Of a DNA stretch of 64,000 nucleotides, positions 38,130 through 52,561 are shown piece by piece; positions within the stretch are counted from its first letter, which is position 1; each line of letters opens with the position of its first letter. Both the position numbers and the translations under genes were made by a program. This DNA comes from Phallusia mammillata (Eukaryota). The notes beneath the pieces were generated by a model. That model was not told the origin of the DNA. It made no database searches and was given only the letters and a program-made list of their open reading frames with translations. The stretch is taken from assembly GCA_965637545.1 (NCBI GenBank), contig OZ281498.1, positions 16,368,001-16,432,000 on the forward strand, written 5' to 3'.

Positions 38130-39328
38130 ATTTAAGTTAACCCCACCAGCAATTTAGGTCCCACCTCGACGAGGGGTATTTTCCGTTTGTGGGGACCGCC
38201 GTGCTGGGCTCCTGGTGTGACGTCACAACGCCAGACAGACGTTATGTGTACGTCGGGGCAGACGAAGGCCGTCAAACGCATCCATCTTGAGCGGCGTTTC
38301 GATTCGAAAGAAAAGGCAAAAAAACGTTGCCCCAGGTCCGTTACTCCTCCAGGGAAAAGCCGAGAAACCGAGATTTTCTCGCCGTGTGACACCTGTCGGT
38401 ATGTGCTGTGTCAGTTCAGGACAAGATGCATCCGATAATAATAATCAAACGAAAGCTTAGCTTCCACTTATTCTCATGAGTCAACGCAATGTGAAAGCGT
38501 AGCCGTGCTGAAAAAGCTGAAAAGACCACCAAGCAGTGTCCGAAGGGATCAGTTAAGCAATTTGAGACCAACTACAGAAAGCGATTTATCAACACAGGCA
38601 CGAAAGGTAAACCTGATGCAAGAAGTGCAGAGAATAAAGTTGGCGTTAGGTTCCTTTTATATATTTTTCTCAACTACCGGATTTCCCCGTTTTCAAACTA
38701 ACAGTATGCAAGGCAATGCGGTTATGTCTGTAGCCTATAGCTCTTTCTCGGCTCTAAAACAAGCGAAAGACAGCCGGTAGCCGGTTTAGGAAAGGTGTGT
38801 GAGTAGTGATGAAATACCACTTTTCTGCCATGTGAGAAATGATAGTAAAGCAGAAAACTCACTTAAGATTTTTTTCCTCTTTTTTTCTTGTTGTTATTTT
38901 AGGTGCAGCTATAGTTGTTTTAGTACCCTTCCCGTTCTTCTGTGCTAGCTCCTACGTCGGTGTCTTATTTTTTGCCTTCGTGTTCGGTTTTGATGCGTGG
39001 TGCTCTAAGAAAAAGGGAGGTCTGCTTCGCTGTGCGGCGCTGAACGAGACGGCCGGTCATTTAAACCGCACCGCGCGCGTTCAGCAGCGCCGCTTAGCGG
39101 TATGGGCGACAAAGGCACGCGTACCGCATAAAAACAGTCGCCGGTCTCTCACGTGTCTTTGATAATAATTAATCGATCCGGCGCACAAAACGAAGACTTC
39201 TGCGACAGAGACTCTCATCATGCGCTTATTTCGCCGCCTTTCAGTGTGTCTGTGAGCTGTCAAGACCCCAGGGGGCAGTATTTCTGCAAGATCTCATTTT
39301 TTTTCCGAGAAAGAAGAAATTAATGAGG

Positions 39329-39378
39329 AAAAATGAGGAACGCTTCACGATTTTGCGTGTCATCCTTGCGCAGGGGCC

Positions 39379-39418
<40 letters not shown>

Positions 39419-39435
39419 ACTGCCGAAGCAAGTAC
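39329..39435 (-). ncRNA. U6: U6 spliceosomal snRNA
   Basis: Full-length copy matching 34075-34181. Confidence 0.98.
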
Positions 39436-40644
39436 ATTTAAGTTAACCCCACCAGCAATTTAGGTCCCACCTCGACGAGGGGTATTTTCCGTTTGTGGGG
39501 ACCGCCGTGCTGGGCTCCTGGTGTGACGTCACAACGCCAGACAGACGTTATGTGTACGTCGGGGCAGACGAAGGCCGTCAAACGCATCCATCTTGAGCGG
39601 CGTTTCGATTCGAAAGAAAAGGCAAAAAAACGTTGCCCCAGGTCCGTTACTCCTCCAGGGAAAAGCCGAGAAACCGATATTTTCTCGCCGTGTGACACCT
39701 GTCGGTATGTGCTGTGTCAGTTCAGGACAAGATGCATCCGATAATAATAATCAAACGAAAGCTTAGCTTCCACTTATTCTCATGAGTCAACGCAATGTGA
39801 AAGCGTAGCCGTGCTGAAAAAGCTGAAAAGACCACCAAGCAGTGTCCGAAGGGATCAGTTAAGCAATTTGAGACCAACTACAGAAAGCGATTTATCAACA
39901 CAGGCACGAAAGGTAAACCTGATGCAAGAAGTGCAGAGAATAAAGTTGGCGTTAGGTTCCTTTTATATATTTTTCTCAACTACCGGATTTCCCCGTTTTC
40001 AAACTAACAGTATGCAAGGCAATGCGGTTATGTCTGTAGCCTATAGCTCTTTCTCGGCTCTAAAACAAGCGAAAGACAGCCGGTAGCCGGTTTAGGAAAG
40101 GTGTGTGAGTAGTGATGAAATACCACTTTTCTGCCATGTGAGAAATGATAGTAAAGCAGAAAACTCACTTAAGATTTTTTTCCTCTTTTTTTCTTGTTGT
40201 TATTTTAGGTGCAGCTATAGTTGTTTTAGTACCCTTCCCGTTCTTCTGTGCTAGCTCCTACGTCGGTGTCTTATTTTTTGCCTTCGTGTTCGGTTTTGAT
40301 GCGTGGTGCTCTAAGAAAAAGGGAGGTCTGCTTCGCTGTGCGGCGCTGTGCGGCGCTGAACGAGACGGCCGGTCATTTAAACCGCACCGCGCGCGTTCAG
40401 CAGCGCCGCTTAGCGGTATGGGCGACAAAGGCACGCGTACCGCATAAAAACAGTCGCCGGTCTCTCACGTGTCTTTGATAATAATTAATCGATCCGGCGC
40501 ACAAAACGAAGACTTCTGCGACAGAGACTCTCATCATGCGCTTATTTCGCCGCCTTTCAGTGTGTCTGTGAGCTGTCAAGACCCCAGGGGGCAGTATTTC
40601 TGCAAGATCTCATTTTTTTTCCGAGAAAGAAGAAATTAATGAGG

Positions 40645-40694
40645 AAAAATGAGGAACGCTTCACGATTTTGCGTGTCATCCTTGCGCAGGGGCC

Positions 40695-40734
<40 letters not shown>

Positions 40735-40751
40735 ACTGCCGAAGCAAGTAC
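40645..40751 (-). ncRNA. U6: U6 spliceosomal snRNA
   Basis: Full-length copy matching 34075-34181. Confidence 0.98.
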
Positions 40752-41960
40752 ATTTAAGTTAACCCCACCAGCAATTTAGGTCCCACCTCGACGAGGGGTA
40801 TTTTCCGTTTGTGGGGACCGCCGTGCTGGGCTCCTGGTGTGACGTCACAACGCCAGACAGACGTTATGTGTACGTCGGGGCAGACGAAGGCCGTCAAACG
40901 CATCCATCTTGAGCGGCGTTTCGATTCGAAAGAAAAGGCAAAAAAACGTTGCCCCAGGTCCGTTACTCCTCCAGGGAAAAGCCGAGAAACCGAGATTTTC
41001 TCGCCGTGTGACACCTGTCGGTATGTGCTGTGTCAGTTCAGGACAAGATGCATCCGATAATAATAATCAAACGAAAGCTTAGCTTCCACTTATTCTCATG
41101 AGTCAACGCAATGTGAAAGCGTAGCCGTGCTGAAAAAGCTGAAAAGACCACCAAGCAGTGTCCGAAGGGATCAGTTAAGCAATTTGAGACCAACTACAGA
41201 AAGCGATTTATCAACACAGGCACGAAAGGTAAACCTGATGCAAGAAGTGCAGAGAATAAAGTTGGCGTTAGGTTCCTTTTATATATTTTTCTCAACTACC
41301 GGATTTCCCCGTTTTCAAACTAACAGTATGCAAGGCAATGCGGTTATGTCTGTAGCCTATAGCTCTTTCTCGGCTCTAAAACAAGCGAAAGACAGCCGGT
41401 AGCCGGTTTAGGAAAGGTGTGTGAGTAGTGATGAAATACCACTTTTCTGCCATGTGAGAAATGATAGTAAAGCAGAAAACTCACTTAAGATTTTTTTCCT
41501 CTTTTTTTCTTGTTGTTATTTTAGGTGCAGCTATAGTTGTTTTAGTACCCTTCCCGTTCTTCTGTGCTAGCTCCTACGTCGGTGTCTTATTTTTTGCCTT
41601 CGTGTTCGGTTTTGATGCGTGGTGCTCTAAGAAAAAGGGAGGTCTGCTTCGCTGTGCGGCGCTGTGCGGCGCTGAACGAGACGGCCGGTCATTTAAACCG
41701 CACCGCGCGCGTTCAGCAGCGCCGCTTAGCGGTATGGGCGACAAAGGCACGCGTACCGCATAAAAACAGTCGCCGGTCTCTCACGTGTCTTTGATAATAA
41801 TTAATCGATCCGGCGCACAAAACGAAGACTTCTGCGACAGAGACTCTCATCATGCGCTTATTTCGCCGCCTTTCAGTGTGTCTGTGAGCTGTCAAGACCC
41901 CAGGGGGCAGTATTTCTGCAAGATCTCATTTTTTTTCCGAGAAAGAAGAAATTAATGAGG

Positions 41961-42010
41961 AAAAATGAGGAACGCTTCACGATTTTGCGTGTCATCCTTG
42001 CGCAGGGGCC

Positions 42011-42050
<40 letters not shown>

Positions 42051-42067
42051 ACTGCCGAAGCAAGTAC
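41961..42067 (-). ncRNA. U6: U6 spliceosomal snRNA
   Basis: Full-length copy matching 34075-34181. Confidence 0.98.
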
Positions 42068-43266
42068 ATTTAAGTTAACCCCACCAGCAATTTAGGTCCC
42101 ACCTCGACGAGGGGTATTTTCCGTTTGTGGGGACCGCCGTGCTGGGCTCCTGGTGTGACGTCACAACGCCAGACAGACGTTATGTGTACGTCGGGGCAGA
42201 CGAAGGCCGTCAAACGCATCCATCTTGAGCGGCGTTTCGATTCGAAAGAAAAGGCAAAAAAACGTTGCCCCAGGTCCGTTACTCCTCCAGGGAAAAGCCG
42301 AGAAACCGAGATTTTCTCGCCGTGTGACACCTGTCGGTATGTGCTGTGTCAGTTCAGGACAAGATGCATCCGATAATAATAATCAAACGAAAGCTTAGCT
42401 TCCACTTATTCTCATGAGTCAACGCAATGTGAAAGCGTAGCCGTGCTGAAAAAGCTGAAAAGACCACCAAGCAGTGTCCGAAGGGATCAGTTAAGCAATT
42501 TGAGACCAACTACAGAAAGCGATTTATCAACACAGGCACGAAAGGTAAACCTGATGCAAGAAGTGCAGAGAATAAAGTTGGCGTTAGGTTCCTTTTATAT
42601 ATTTTTCTCAACTACCGGATTTCCCCGTTTTCAAACTAACAGTATGCAAGGCAATGCGGTTATGTCTGTAGCCTATAGCTCTTTCTCGGCTCTAAAACAA
42701 GCGAAAGACAGCCGGTAGCCGGTTTAGGAAAGGTGTGTGAGTAGTGATGAAATACCACTTTTCTGCCATGTGAGAAATGATAGTAAAGCAGAAAACTCAC
42801 TTAAGATTTTTTTCCTCTTTTTTTCTTGTTGTTATTTTAGGTGCAGCTATAGTTGTTTTAGTACCCTTCCCGTTCTTCTGTGCTAGCTCCTACGTCGGTG
42901 TCTTATTTTTTGCCTTCGTGTTCGGTTTTGATGCGTGGTGCTCTAAGAAAAAGGGAGGTCTGCTTCGCTGTGCGGCGCTGAACGAGACGGCCGGTCATTT
43001 AAACCGCACCGCGCGCGTTCAGCAGCGCCGCTTAGCGGTATGGGCGACAAAGGCACGCGTACCGCATAAAAACAGTCGCCGGTCTCTCACGTGTCTTTGA
43101 TAATAATTAATCGATCCGGCGCACAAAACGAAGACTTCTGCGACAGAGACTCTCATCATGCGCTTATTTCGCCGCCTTTCAGTGTGTCTGTGAGCTGTCA
43201 AGACCCCAGGGGGCAGTATTTCTGCAAGATCTCATTTTTTTTCCGAGAAAGAAGAAATTAATGAGG

Positions 43267-43316
43267 AAAAATGAGGAACGCTTCACGATTTTGCGTGTCA
43301 TCCTTGCGCAGGGGCC

Positions 43317-43356
<40 letters not shown>

Positions 43357-43373
43357 ACTGCCGAAGCAAGTAC
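43267..43373 (-). ncRNA. U6: U6 spliceosomal snRNA
   Basis: Full-length copy matching 34075-34181. Confidence 0.98.
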
Positions 43374-44582
43374 ATTTAAGTTAACCCCACCAGCAATTTA
43401 GGTCCCACCTCGACGAGGGGTATTTTCCGTTTGTGGGGACCGCCGTGCTGGGCTCCTGGTGTGACGTCACAACGCCAGACAGACGTTATGTGTACGTCGG
43501 GGCAGACGAAGGCCGTCAAACGCATCCATCTTGAGCGGCGTTTCGATTCGAAAGAAAAGGCAAAAAAACGTTGCCCCAGGTCCGTTACTCCTCCAGGGAA
43601 AAGCCGAGAAACCGAGATTTTCTCGCCGTGTGACACCTGTCGGTATGTGCTGTGTCAGTTCAGGACAAGATGCATCCGATAATAATAATCAAACGAAAGC
43701 TTAGCTTCCACTTATTCTCATGAGTCAACGCAATGTGAAAGCGTAGCCGTGCTGAAAAAGCTGAAAAGACCACCAAGCAGTGTCCGAAGGGATCAGTTAA
43801 GCAATTTGAGACCAACTACAGAAAGCGATTTATCAACACAGGCACGAAAGGTAAACCTGATGCAAGAAGTGCAGAGAATAAAGTTGGCGTTAGGTTCCTT
43901 TTATATATTTTTCTCAACTACCGGATTTCCCCGTTTTCAAACTAACAGTATGCAAGGCAATGCGGTTATGTCTGTAGCCTATAGCTCTTTCTCGGCTCTA
44001 AAACAAGCGAAAGACAGCCGGTAGCCGGTTTAGGAAAGGTGTGTGAGTAGTGATGAAATACCACTTTTCTGCCATGTGAGAAATGATAGTAAAGCAGAAA
44101 ACTCACTTAAGATTTTTTTCCTCTTTTTTTCTTGTTGTTATTTTAGGTGCAGCTATAGTTGTTTTAGTACCCTTCCCGTTCTTCTGTGCTAGCTCCTACG
44201 TCGGTGTCTTATTTTTTGCCTTCGTGTTCGGTTTTGATGCGTGGTGCTCTAAGAAAAAGGGAGGTCTGCTTCGCTGTGCGGCGCTGTGCGGCGCTGAACG
44301 AGACGGCCGGTCATTTAAACCGCACCGCGCGCGTTCAGCAGCGCCGCTTAGCGGTATGGGCGACAAAGGCACGCGTACCGCATAAAAACAGTCGCCGGTC
44401 TCTCACGTGTCTTTGATAATAATTAATCGATCCGGCGCACAAAACGAAGACTTCTGCGACAGAGACTCTCATCATGCGCTTATTTCGCCGCCTTTCAGTG
44501 TGTCTGTGAGCTGTCAAGACCCCAGGGGGCAGTATTTCTGCAAGATCTCATTTTTTTTCCGAGAAAGAAGAAATTAATGAGG

Positions 44583-44632
44583 AAAAATGAGGAACGCTTC
44601 ACGATTTTGCGTGTCATCCTTGCGCAGGGGCC

Positions 44633-44672
<40 letters not shown>

Positions 44673-44689
44673 ACTGCCGAAGCAAGTAC
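44583..44689 (-). ncRNA. U6: U6 spliceosomal snRNA
   Basis: Full-length copy matching 34075-34181. Confidence 0.98.
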
Positions 44690-45897
44690 ATTTAAGTTAA
44701 CCCCACCAGCAATTTAGGTCCCACCTCGACGAGGGGTATTTTCCGTTTGTGGGGACCGCCGTGCTGGGCTCCTGGTGTGACGTCACAACGCCAGACAGAC
44801 GTTATGTGTACGTCGGGGCAGACGAAGCCGTCAAACGCATCCATCTTGAGCGGCGTTTCGATTCGAAAGAAAAGGCAAAAAAACGTTGCCCCAGGTCCGT
44901 TACTCCTCCAGGGAAAAGCCGAGAAACCGAGATTTTCTCGCCGTGTGACACCTGTCGGTATGTGCTGTGTCAGTTCAGGACAAGATGCATCCGATAATAA
45001 TAATCAAACGAAAGCTTAGCTTCCACTTATTCTCATGAGTCAACGCAATGTGAAAGCGTAGCCGTGCTGAAAAAGCTGAAAAGACCACCAAGCAGTGTCC
45101 GAAGGGATCAGTTAAGCAATTTGAGACCAACTACAGAAAGCGATTTATCAACACAGGCACGAAAGGTAAACCTGATGCAAGAAGTGCAGAGAATAAAGTT
45201 GGCGTTAGGTTCCTTTTATATATTTTTCTCAACTACCGGATTTCCCCGTTTTCAAACTAACAGTATGCAAGGCAATGCGGTTATGTCTGTAGCCTATAGC
45301 TCTTTCTCGGCTCTAAAACAAGCGAAAGACAGCCGGTAGCCGGTTTAGGAAAGGTGTGTGAGTAGTGATGAAATACCACTTTTCTGCCATGTGAGAAATG
45401 ATAGTAAAGCAGAAAACTCACTTAAGATTTTTTTCCTCTTTTTTTCTTGTTGTTATTTTAGGTGCAGCTATAGTTGTTTTAGTACCCTTCCCGTTCTTCT
45501 GTGCTAGCTCCTACGTCGGTGTCTTATTTTTTGCCTTCGTGTTCGGTTTTGATGCGTGGTGCTCTAAGAAAAAGGGAGGTCTGCTTCGCTGTGCGGCGCT
45601 GTGCGGCGCTGAACGAGACGGCCGGTCATTTAAACCGCACCGCGCGCGTTCAGCAGCGCCGCTTAGCGGTATGGGCGACAAAGGCACGCGTACCGCATAA
45701 AAACAGTCGCCGGTCTCTCACGTGTCTTTGATAATAATTAATCGATCCGGCGCACAAAACGAAGACTTCTGCGACAGAGACTCTCATCATGCGCTTATTT
45801 CGCCGCCTTTCAGTGTGTCTGTGAGCTGTCAAGACCCCAGGGGGCAGTATTTCTGCAAGATCTCATTTTTTTTCCGAGAAAGAAGAAATTAATGAGG

Positions 45898-45947
45898 AAA
45901 AATGAGGAACGCTTCACGATTTTGCGTGTCATCCTTGCGCAGGGGCC

Positions 45948-45987
<40 letters not shown>

Positions 45988-46004
45988 ACTGCCGAAGCAA
46001 GTAC
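45898..46004 (-). ncRNA. U6: U6 spliceosomal snRNA
   Basis: Full-length copy matching 34075-34181. Confidence 0.98.
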
Positions 46005-47213
46005 ATTTAAGTTAACCCCACCAGCAATTTAGGTCCCACCTCGACGAGGGGTATTTTCCGTTTGTGGGGACCGCCGTGCTGGGCTCCTGGTGTGACGTCA
46101 CAACGCCAGACAGACGTTATGTGTACGTCGGGGCAGACGAAGGCCGTCAAACGCATCCATCTTGAGCGGCGTTTCGATTCGAAAGAAAAGGCAAAAAAAC
46201 GTTGCCCCAGGTCCGTTACTCCTCCAGGGAAAAGCCGAGAAACCGATATTTTCTCGCCGTGTGACACCTGTCGGTATGTGCTGTGTCAGTTCAGGACAAG
46301 ATGCATCCGATAATAATAATCAAACGAAAGCTTAGCTTCCACTTATTCTCATGAGTCAACGCAATGTGAAAGCGTAGCCGTGCTGAAAAAGCTGAAAAGA
46401 CCACCAAGCAGTGTCCGAAGGGATCAGTTAAGCAATTTGAGACCAACTACAGAAAGCGATTTATCAACACAGGCACGAAAGGTAAACCTGATGCAAGAAG
46501 TGCAGAGAATAAAGTTGGCGTTAGGTTCCTTTTATATATTTTTCTCAACTACCGGATTTCCCCGTTTTCAAACTAACAGTATGCAAGGCAATGCGGTTAT
46601 GTCTGTAGCCTATAGCTCTTTCTCGGCTCTAAAACAAGCGAAAGACAGCCGGTAGCCGGTTTAGGAAAGGTGTGTGAGTAGTGATGAAATACCACTTTTC
46701 TGCCATGTGAGAAATGATAGTAAAGCAGAAAACTCACTTAAGATTTTTTTCCTCTTTTTTTCTTGTTGTTATTTTAGGTGCAGCTATAGTTGTTTTAGTA
46801 CCCTTCCCGTTCTTCTGTGCTAGCTCCTACGTCGGTGTCTTATTTTTTGCCTTCGTGTTCGGTTTTGATGCGTGGTGCTCTAAGAAAAAGGGAGGTCTGC
46901 TTCGCTGTGCGGCGCTGTGCGGCGCTGAACGAGACGGCCGGTCATTTAAACCGCACCGCGCGCGTTCAGCAGCGCCGCTTAGCGGTATGGGCGACAAAGG
47001 CACGCGTACCGCATAAAAACAGTCGCCGGTCTCTCACGTGTCTTTGATAATAATTAATCGATCCGGCGCACAAAACGAAGACTTCTGCGACAGAGACTCT
47101 CATCATGCGCTTATTTCGCCGCCTTTCAGTGTGTCTGTGAGCTGTCAAGACCCCAGGGGGCAGTATTTCTGCAAGATCTCATTTTTTTTCCGAGAAAGAA
47201 GAAATTAATGAGG

Positions 47214-47263
47214 AAAAATGAGGAACGCTTCACGATTTTGCGTGTCATCCTTGCGCAGGGGCC

Positions 47264-47303
<40 letters not shown>

Positions 47304-47320
47304 ACTGCCGAAGCAAGTAC
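47214..47320 (-). ncRNA. U6: U6 spliceosomal snRNA
   Basis: Full-length copy matching 34075-34181. Confidence 0.98.
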
Positions 47321-48527
47321 ATTTAAGTTAACCCCACCAGCAATTTAGGTCCCACCTCGACGAGGGGTATTTTCCGTTTGTGGGGACCGCCGTGCTGGGC
47401 TCCTGGTGTGACGTCACAACGCCAGACAGACGTTATGTGTACGTCGGGGCAGACGAAGGCCGTCAAACGCATCCATCTTGAGCGGCGTTTCGATTCGAAA
47501 GAAAAGGCAAAAAAACGTTGCCCCAGGTCCGTTACTCCTCCAGGGAAAAGCCGAGAAACCGAGATTTTCTCGCCGTGTGACACCTGTCGGTATGTGCTGT
47601 GTCAGTTCAGGACAAGATGCATCCGATAATAATAATCAAACGAAAGCTTAGCTTCCACTTATTCTCATGAGTCAACGCAATGTGAAAGCGTAGCCGTGCT
47701 GAAAAAGCTGAAAAGACCACCAAGCAGTGTCCGAAGGGATCAGTTAAGCAATTTGAGACCAACTACAGAAAGCGATTTATCAACACAGGCACGAAAGGTA
47801 AACCTGATGCAAGAAGTGCAGAGAATAAAGTTGGCGTTAGGTTCCTTTTATATATTTTTCTCAACTACCGGATTTCCCCGTTTTCAAACTAACAGTATGC
47901 AAGGCAATGCGGTTATGTCTGTAGCCTATAGCTCTTTCTCGGCTCTAAAACAAGCGAAAGACAGCCGGTAGCCGGTTTAGGAAAGGTGTGTGAGTAGTGA
48001 TGAAATACCACTTTTCTGCCATGTGAGAAATGATAGTAAAGCAGAAAACTCACTTAAGATTTTTTTCCTCTTTTTTTCTTGTTGTTATTTTAGGTGCAGC
48101 TATAGTTGTTTTAGTACCCTTCCCGTTCTTCTGTGCTAGCTCCTACGTCGGTGTCTTATTTTTTGCCTTCGTGTTCGGTTTTGATGCGTGGTGCTCTAAG
48201 AAAAAGGGAGGTCTGCTTCGCTGTGCGGCGCTGTGCGGCGCTGAACGAGACGGCCGGTCATTTAAACCGCACCGCGCGCGTTCAGCAGCGCCGCTTAGCG
48301 GTATGGGCGACAAAGGCACGCGTACCGCATAAAAACAGTCGCCGGTCTCTCACGTGTCTTTGATAATAATTAATCGATCCGGCGCACAAAACGAAGACTT
48401 CTGCGACAGAGACTCTCATCATGCGCTTATTCGCCGCCTTTCAGTGTGTCTGTGAGCTGTCAAGACCCCAGGGGGCAGTATTTCTGCAAGATCTCATTTT
48501 TTTCCGAGAAAGAAGAAATTAATGAGG

Positions 48528-48577
48528 AAAAATGAGGAACGCTTCACGATTTTGCGTGTCATCCTTGCGCAGGGGCC

Positions 48578-48617
<40 letters not shown>

Positions 48618-48634
48618 ACTGCCGAAGCAAGTAC
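48528..48634 (-). ncRNA. U6: U6 spliceosomal snRNA
   Basis: Full-length copy matching 34075-34181. Confidence 0.98.
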
Positions 48635-49833
48635 ATTTAAGTTAACCCCACCAGCAATTTAGGTCCCACCTCGACGAGGGGTATTTTCCGTTTGTGGGGA
48701 CCGTCGTGCTGGGCTCCTGGTGTGACGTCACAACGCCAGACAGACGTTATGTGTACGTCGGGGCAGACGAAGGCCGTCAAACGCATCCATCTTGAGCGGC
48801 GTTTCGATTCGAAAGAAAAGGCAAAAAAACGTTGCCCCAGGTCCGTTACTCCTCCAGGGAAAAGCCGAGAAACCGAGATTTTCTCGCCGTGTGACACCTG
48901 TCGGTATGTGCTGTGTCAGTTCAGGACAAGATGCATCCGATAATAATAATCAAACGAAAGCTTAGCTTCCACTTATTCTCATGAGTCAACGCAATGTGAA
49001 AGCGTAGCCGTGCTGAAAAAGCTGAAAAGACCACCAAGCAGTGTCCGAAGGGATCAGTTAAGCAATTTGAGACCAACTACAGAAAGCGATTTATCAACAC
49101 AGGCACGAAAGGTAAACCTGATGCAAGAAGTGCAGAGAATAAAGTTGGCGTTAGGTTCCTTTTATATATTTTTCTCAACTACCGGATTTCCCCGTTTTCA
49201 AACTAACAGTATGCAAGGCAATGCGGTTATGTCTGTAGCCTATAGCTCTTTCTCGGCTCTAAAACAAGCGAAAGACAGCCGGTAGCCGGTTTAGGAAAGG
49301 TGTGTGAGTAGTGATGAAATACCACTTTTCTGCCATGTGAGAAATGATAGTAAAGCAGAAAACTCACTTAAGATTTTTTTCCTCTTTTTTTCTTGTTGTT
49401 ATTTTAGGTGCAGCTATAGTTGTTTTAGTACCCTTCCCGTTCTTCTGTGCTAGCTCCTACGTCGGTGTCTTATTTTTTGCCTTCGTGTTCGGTTTTGATG
49501 CGTGGTGCTCTAAGAAAAAGAGAGGTCTGCTTCGCTGTGCGGCGCTGAACGAGACGGCCGGTCATTTAAACCGCACCGCGCGCGTTCAGCAGCGCCGCTT
49601 AGCGGTATGGGCGACAAAGGCACGCGTACCGCATAAAAACAGTCGCCGGTCTCTCACGTGTCTTTGATAATAATTAATCGATCCGGCGCACAAAACGAAG
49701 ACTTCTGCGACAGAGACTCTCATCATGCGCTTATTTCGCCGCCTTTCAGTGTGTCTGTGAGCTGTCAAGACCCCAGGGGGCAGTATTTCTGCAAGATCTC
49801 ATTTTTTTTCCGAGAAAGAAGAAATTAATGAGG

Positions 49834-49883
49834 AAAAATGAGGAACGCTTCACGATTTTGCGTGTCATCCTTGCGCAGGGGCC

Positions 49884-49923
<40 letters not shown>

Positions 49924-49940
49924 ACTGCCGAAGCAAGTAC
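49834..49940 (-). ncRNA. U6: U6 spliceosomal snRNA
   Basis: Full-length copy matching 34075-34181. Confidence 0.98.
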
Positions 49941-51148
49941 ATTTAAGTTAACCCCACCAGCAATTTAGGTCCCACCTCGACGAGGGGTATTTTCCGTTTG
50001 TGGGGACCGCCGTGCTGGGCTCCTGGTGTGACGTCACAACGCCAGACAGACGTTATGTGTACGTCGGGGCAGACGAAGGCCGTCAAACGCATCCATCTTG
50101 AGCGGCGTTTCGATTCGAAAGAAAAGGCAAAAAAACGTTGCCCCAGGTCCGTTACTCCTCCAGGGAAAAGCCGAGAAACCGAGATTTTCTCGCCGTGTGA
50201 CACCTGTCGGTATGTGCTGTGTCAGTTCAGGACAAGATGCATCCGATAATAATAATCAAACGAAAGCTTAGCTTCCACTTATTCTCATGAGTCAACGCAA
50301 TGTGAAAGCGTAGCCGTGCTGAAAAAGCTGAAAAGACCACCAAGCAGTGTCCGAAGGGATCAGTTAAGCAATTTGAGACCAACTACAGAAAGCGATTTAT
50401 CAACACAGGCACGAAAGGTAAACCTGATGCAAGAAGTGCAGAGAATAAAGTTGGCGTTAGGTTCCTTTTATATATTTTTCTCAACTACCGGATTTCCCCG
50501 TTTTCAAACTAACAGTATGCAAGGCAATGCGGTTATGTCTGTAGCCTATAGCTCTTTCTCGGCTCTAAAACAAGCGAAAGACAGCCGGTAGCCGGTTTAG
50601 GAAAGGTGTGTGAGTAGTGATGAAATACCACTTTTCTGCCATGTGAGAAATGATAGTAAAGCAGAAAACTCACTTAAGATTTTTTTCCTCTTTTTTTCTT
50701 GTTGTTATTTTAGGTGCAGCTATAGTTGTTTTAGTACCCTTCCCGTTCTTCTGTGCTAGCTCCTACGTCGGTGTCTTATTTTTTGCCTTCGTGTTCGGTT
50801 TTGATGCGTGGTGCTCTAAGAAAAAGGGAGGTCTGCTTCGCTGTGCGGCGCTGTGCGGCGCTGAACGAGACGGCCGGTCATTTAAACCGCACCGCGCGCG
50901 TTCAGCAGCGCCGCTTAGCGGTATGGGCGACAAAGGCACGCGTACCGCATAAAAACAGTCGCCGGTCTCTCACGTGTCTTTGATAATAATTAATCGATCC
51001 GGCGCACAAAACGAAGACTTCTGCGACAGAGACTCTCATCATGCGCTTATTTCGCCGCCTTTCAGTGTGTCTGTGAGCTGTCAAGACCCCAGGGGGCAGT
51101 ATTTCTGCAAGATCTCATTTTTTTCCGAGAAAGAAGAAATTAATGAGG

Positions 51149-51198
51149 AAAAATGAGGAACGCTTCACGATTTTGCGTGTCATCCTTGCGCAGGGGCC

Positions 51199-51238
<40 letters not shown>

Positions 51239-51255
51239 ACTGCCGAAGCAAGTAC
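51149..51255 (-). ncRNA. U6: U6 spliceosomal snRNA
   Basis: Full-length copy matching 34075-34181. Confidence 0.98.
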
Positions 51256-52454
51256 ATTTAAGTTAACCCCACCAGCAATTTAGGTCCCACCTCGACGAGG
51301 GGTATTTTCCGTTTGTGGGGACCGTCGTGCTGGGCTCCTGGTGTGACGTCACAACGCCAGACAGACGTTATGTGTACGTCGGGGCAGACGAAGGCCGTCA
51401 AACGCATCCATCTTGAGCGGCGTTTCGATTCGAAAGAAAAGGCAAAAAAACGTTGCCCCAGGTCCGTTACTCCTCCAGGGAAAAGCCGAGAAACCGAGAT
51501 TTTCTCGCCGTGTGACACCTGTCGGTATGTGCTGTGTCAGTTCAGGACAAGATGCATCCGATAATAATAATCAAACGAAAGCTTAGCTTCCACTTATTCT
51601 CATGAGTCAACGCAATGTGAAAGCGTAGCCGTGCTGAAAAAGCTGAAAAGACCACCAAGCAGTGTCCGAAGGGATCAGTTAAGCAATTTGAGACCAACTA
51701 CAGAAAGCGATTTATCAACACAGGCACGAAAGGTAAACCTGATGCAAGAAGTGCAGAGAATAAAGTTGGCGTTAGGTTCCTTTTATATATTTTTCTCAAC
51801 TACCGGATTTCCCCGTTTTCAAACTAACAGTATGCAAGGCAATGCGGTTATGTCTGTAGCCTATAGCTCTTTCTCGGCTCTAAAACAAGCGAAAGACAGC
51901 CGGTAGCCGGTTTAGGAAAGGTGTGTGAGTAGTGATGAAATACCACTTTTCTGCCATGTGAGAAATGATAGTAAAGCAGAAAACTCACTTAAGATTTTTT
52001 TCCTCTTTTTTTCTTGTTGTTATTTTAGGTGCAGCTATAGTTGTTTTAGTACCCTTCCCGTTCTTCTGTGCTAGCTCCTACGTCGGTGTCTTATTTTTTG
52101 CCTTCGTGTTCGGTTTTGATGCGTGGTGCTCTAAGAAAAAGAGAGGTCTGCTTCGCTGTGCGGCGCTGAACGAGACGGCCGGTCATTTAAACCGCACCGC
52201 GCGCGTTCAGCAGCGCCGCTTAGCGGTATGGGCGACAAAGGCACGCGTACCGCATAAAAACAGTCGCCGGTCTCTCACGTGTCTTTGATAATAATTAATC
52301 GATCCGGCGCACAAAACGAAGACTTCTGCGACAGAGACTCTCATCATGCGCTTATTTCGCCGCCTTTCAGTGTGTCTGTGAGCTGTCAAGACCCCAGGGG
52401 GCAGTATTTCTGCAAGATCTCATTTTTTTTCCGAGAAAGAAGAAATTAATGAGG

Positions 52455-52504
52455 AAAAATGAGGAACGCTTCACGATTTTGCGTGTCATCCTTGCGCAGG
52501 GGCC

Positions 52505-52544
<40 letters not shown>

Positions 52545-52561
52545 ACTGCCGAAGCAAGTAC
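52455..52561 (-). ncRNA. U6: U6 spliceosomal snRNA
   Basis: Full-length copy matching 34075-34181. Confidence 0.98.
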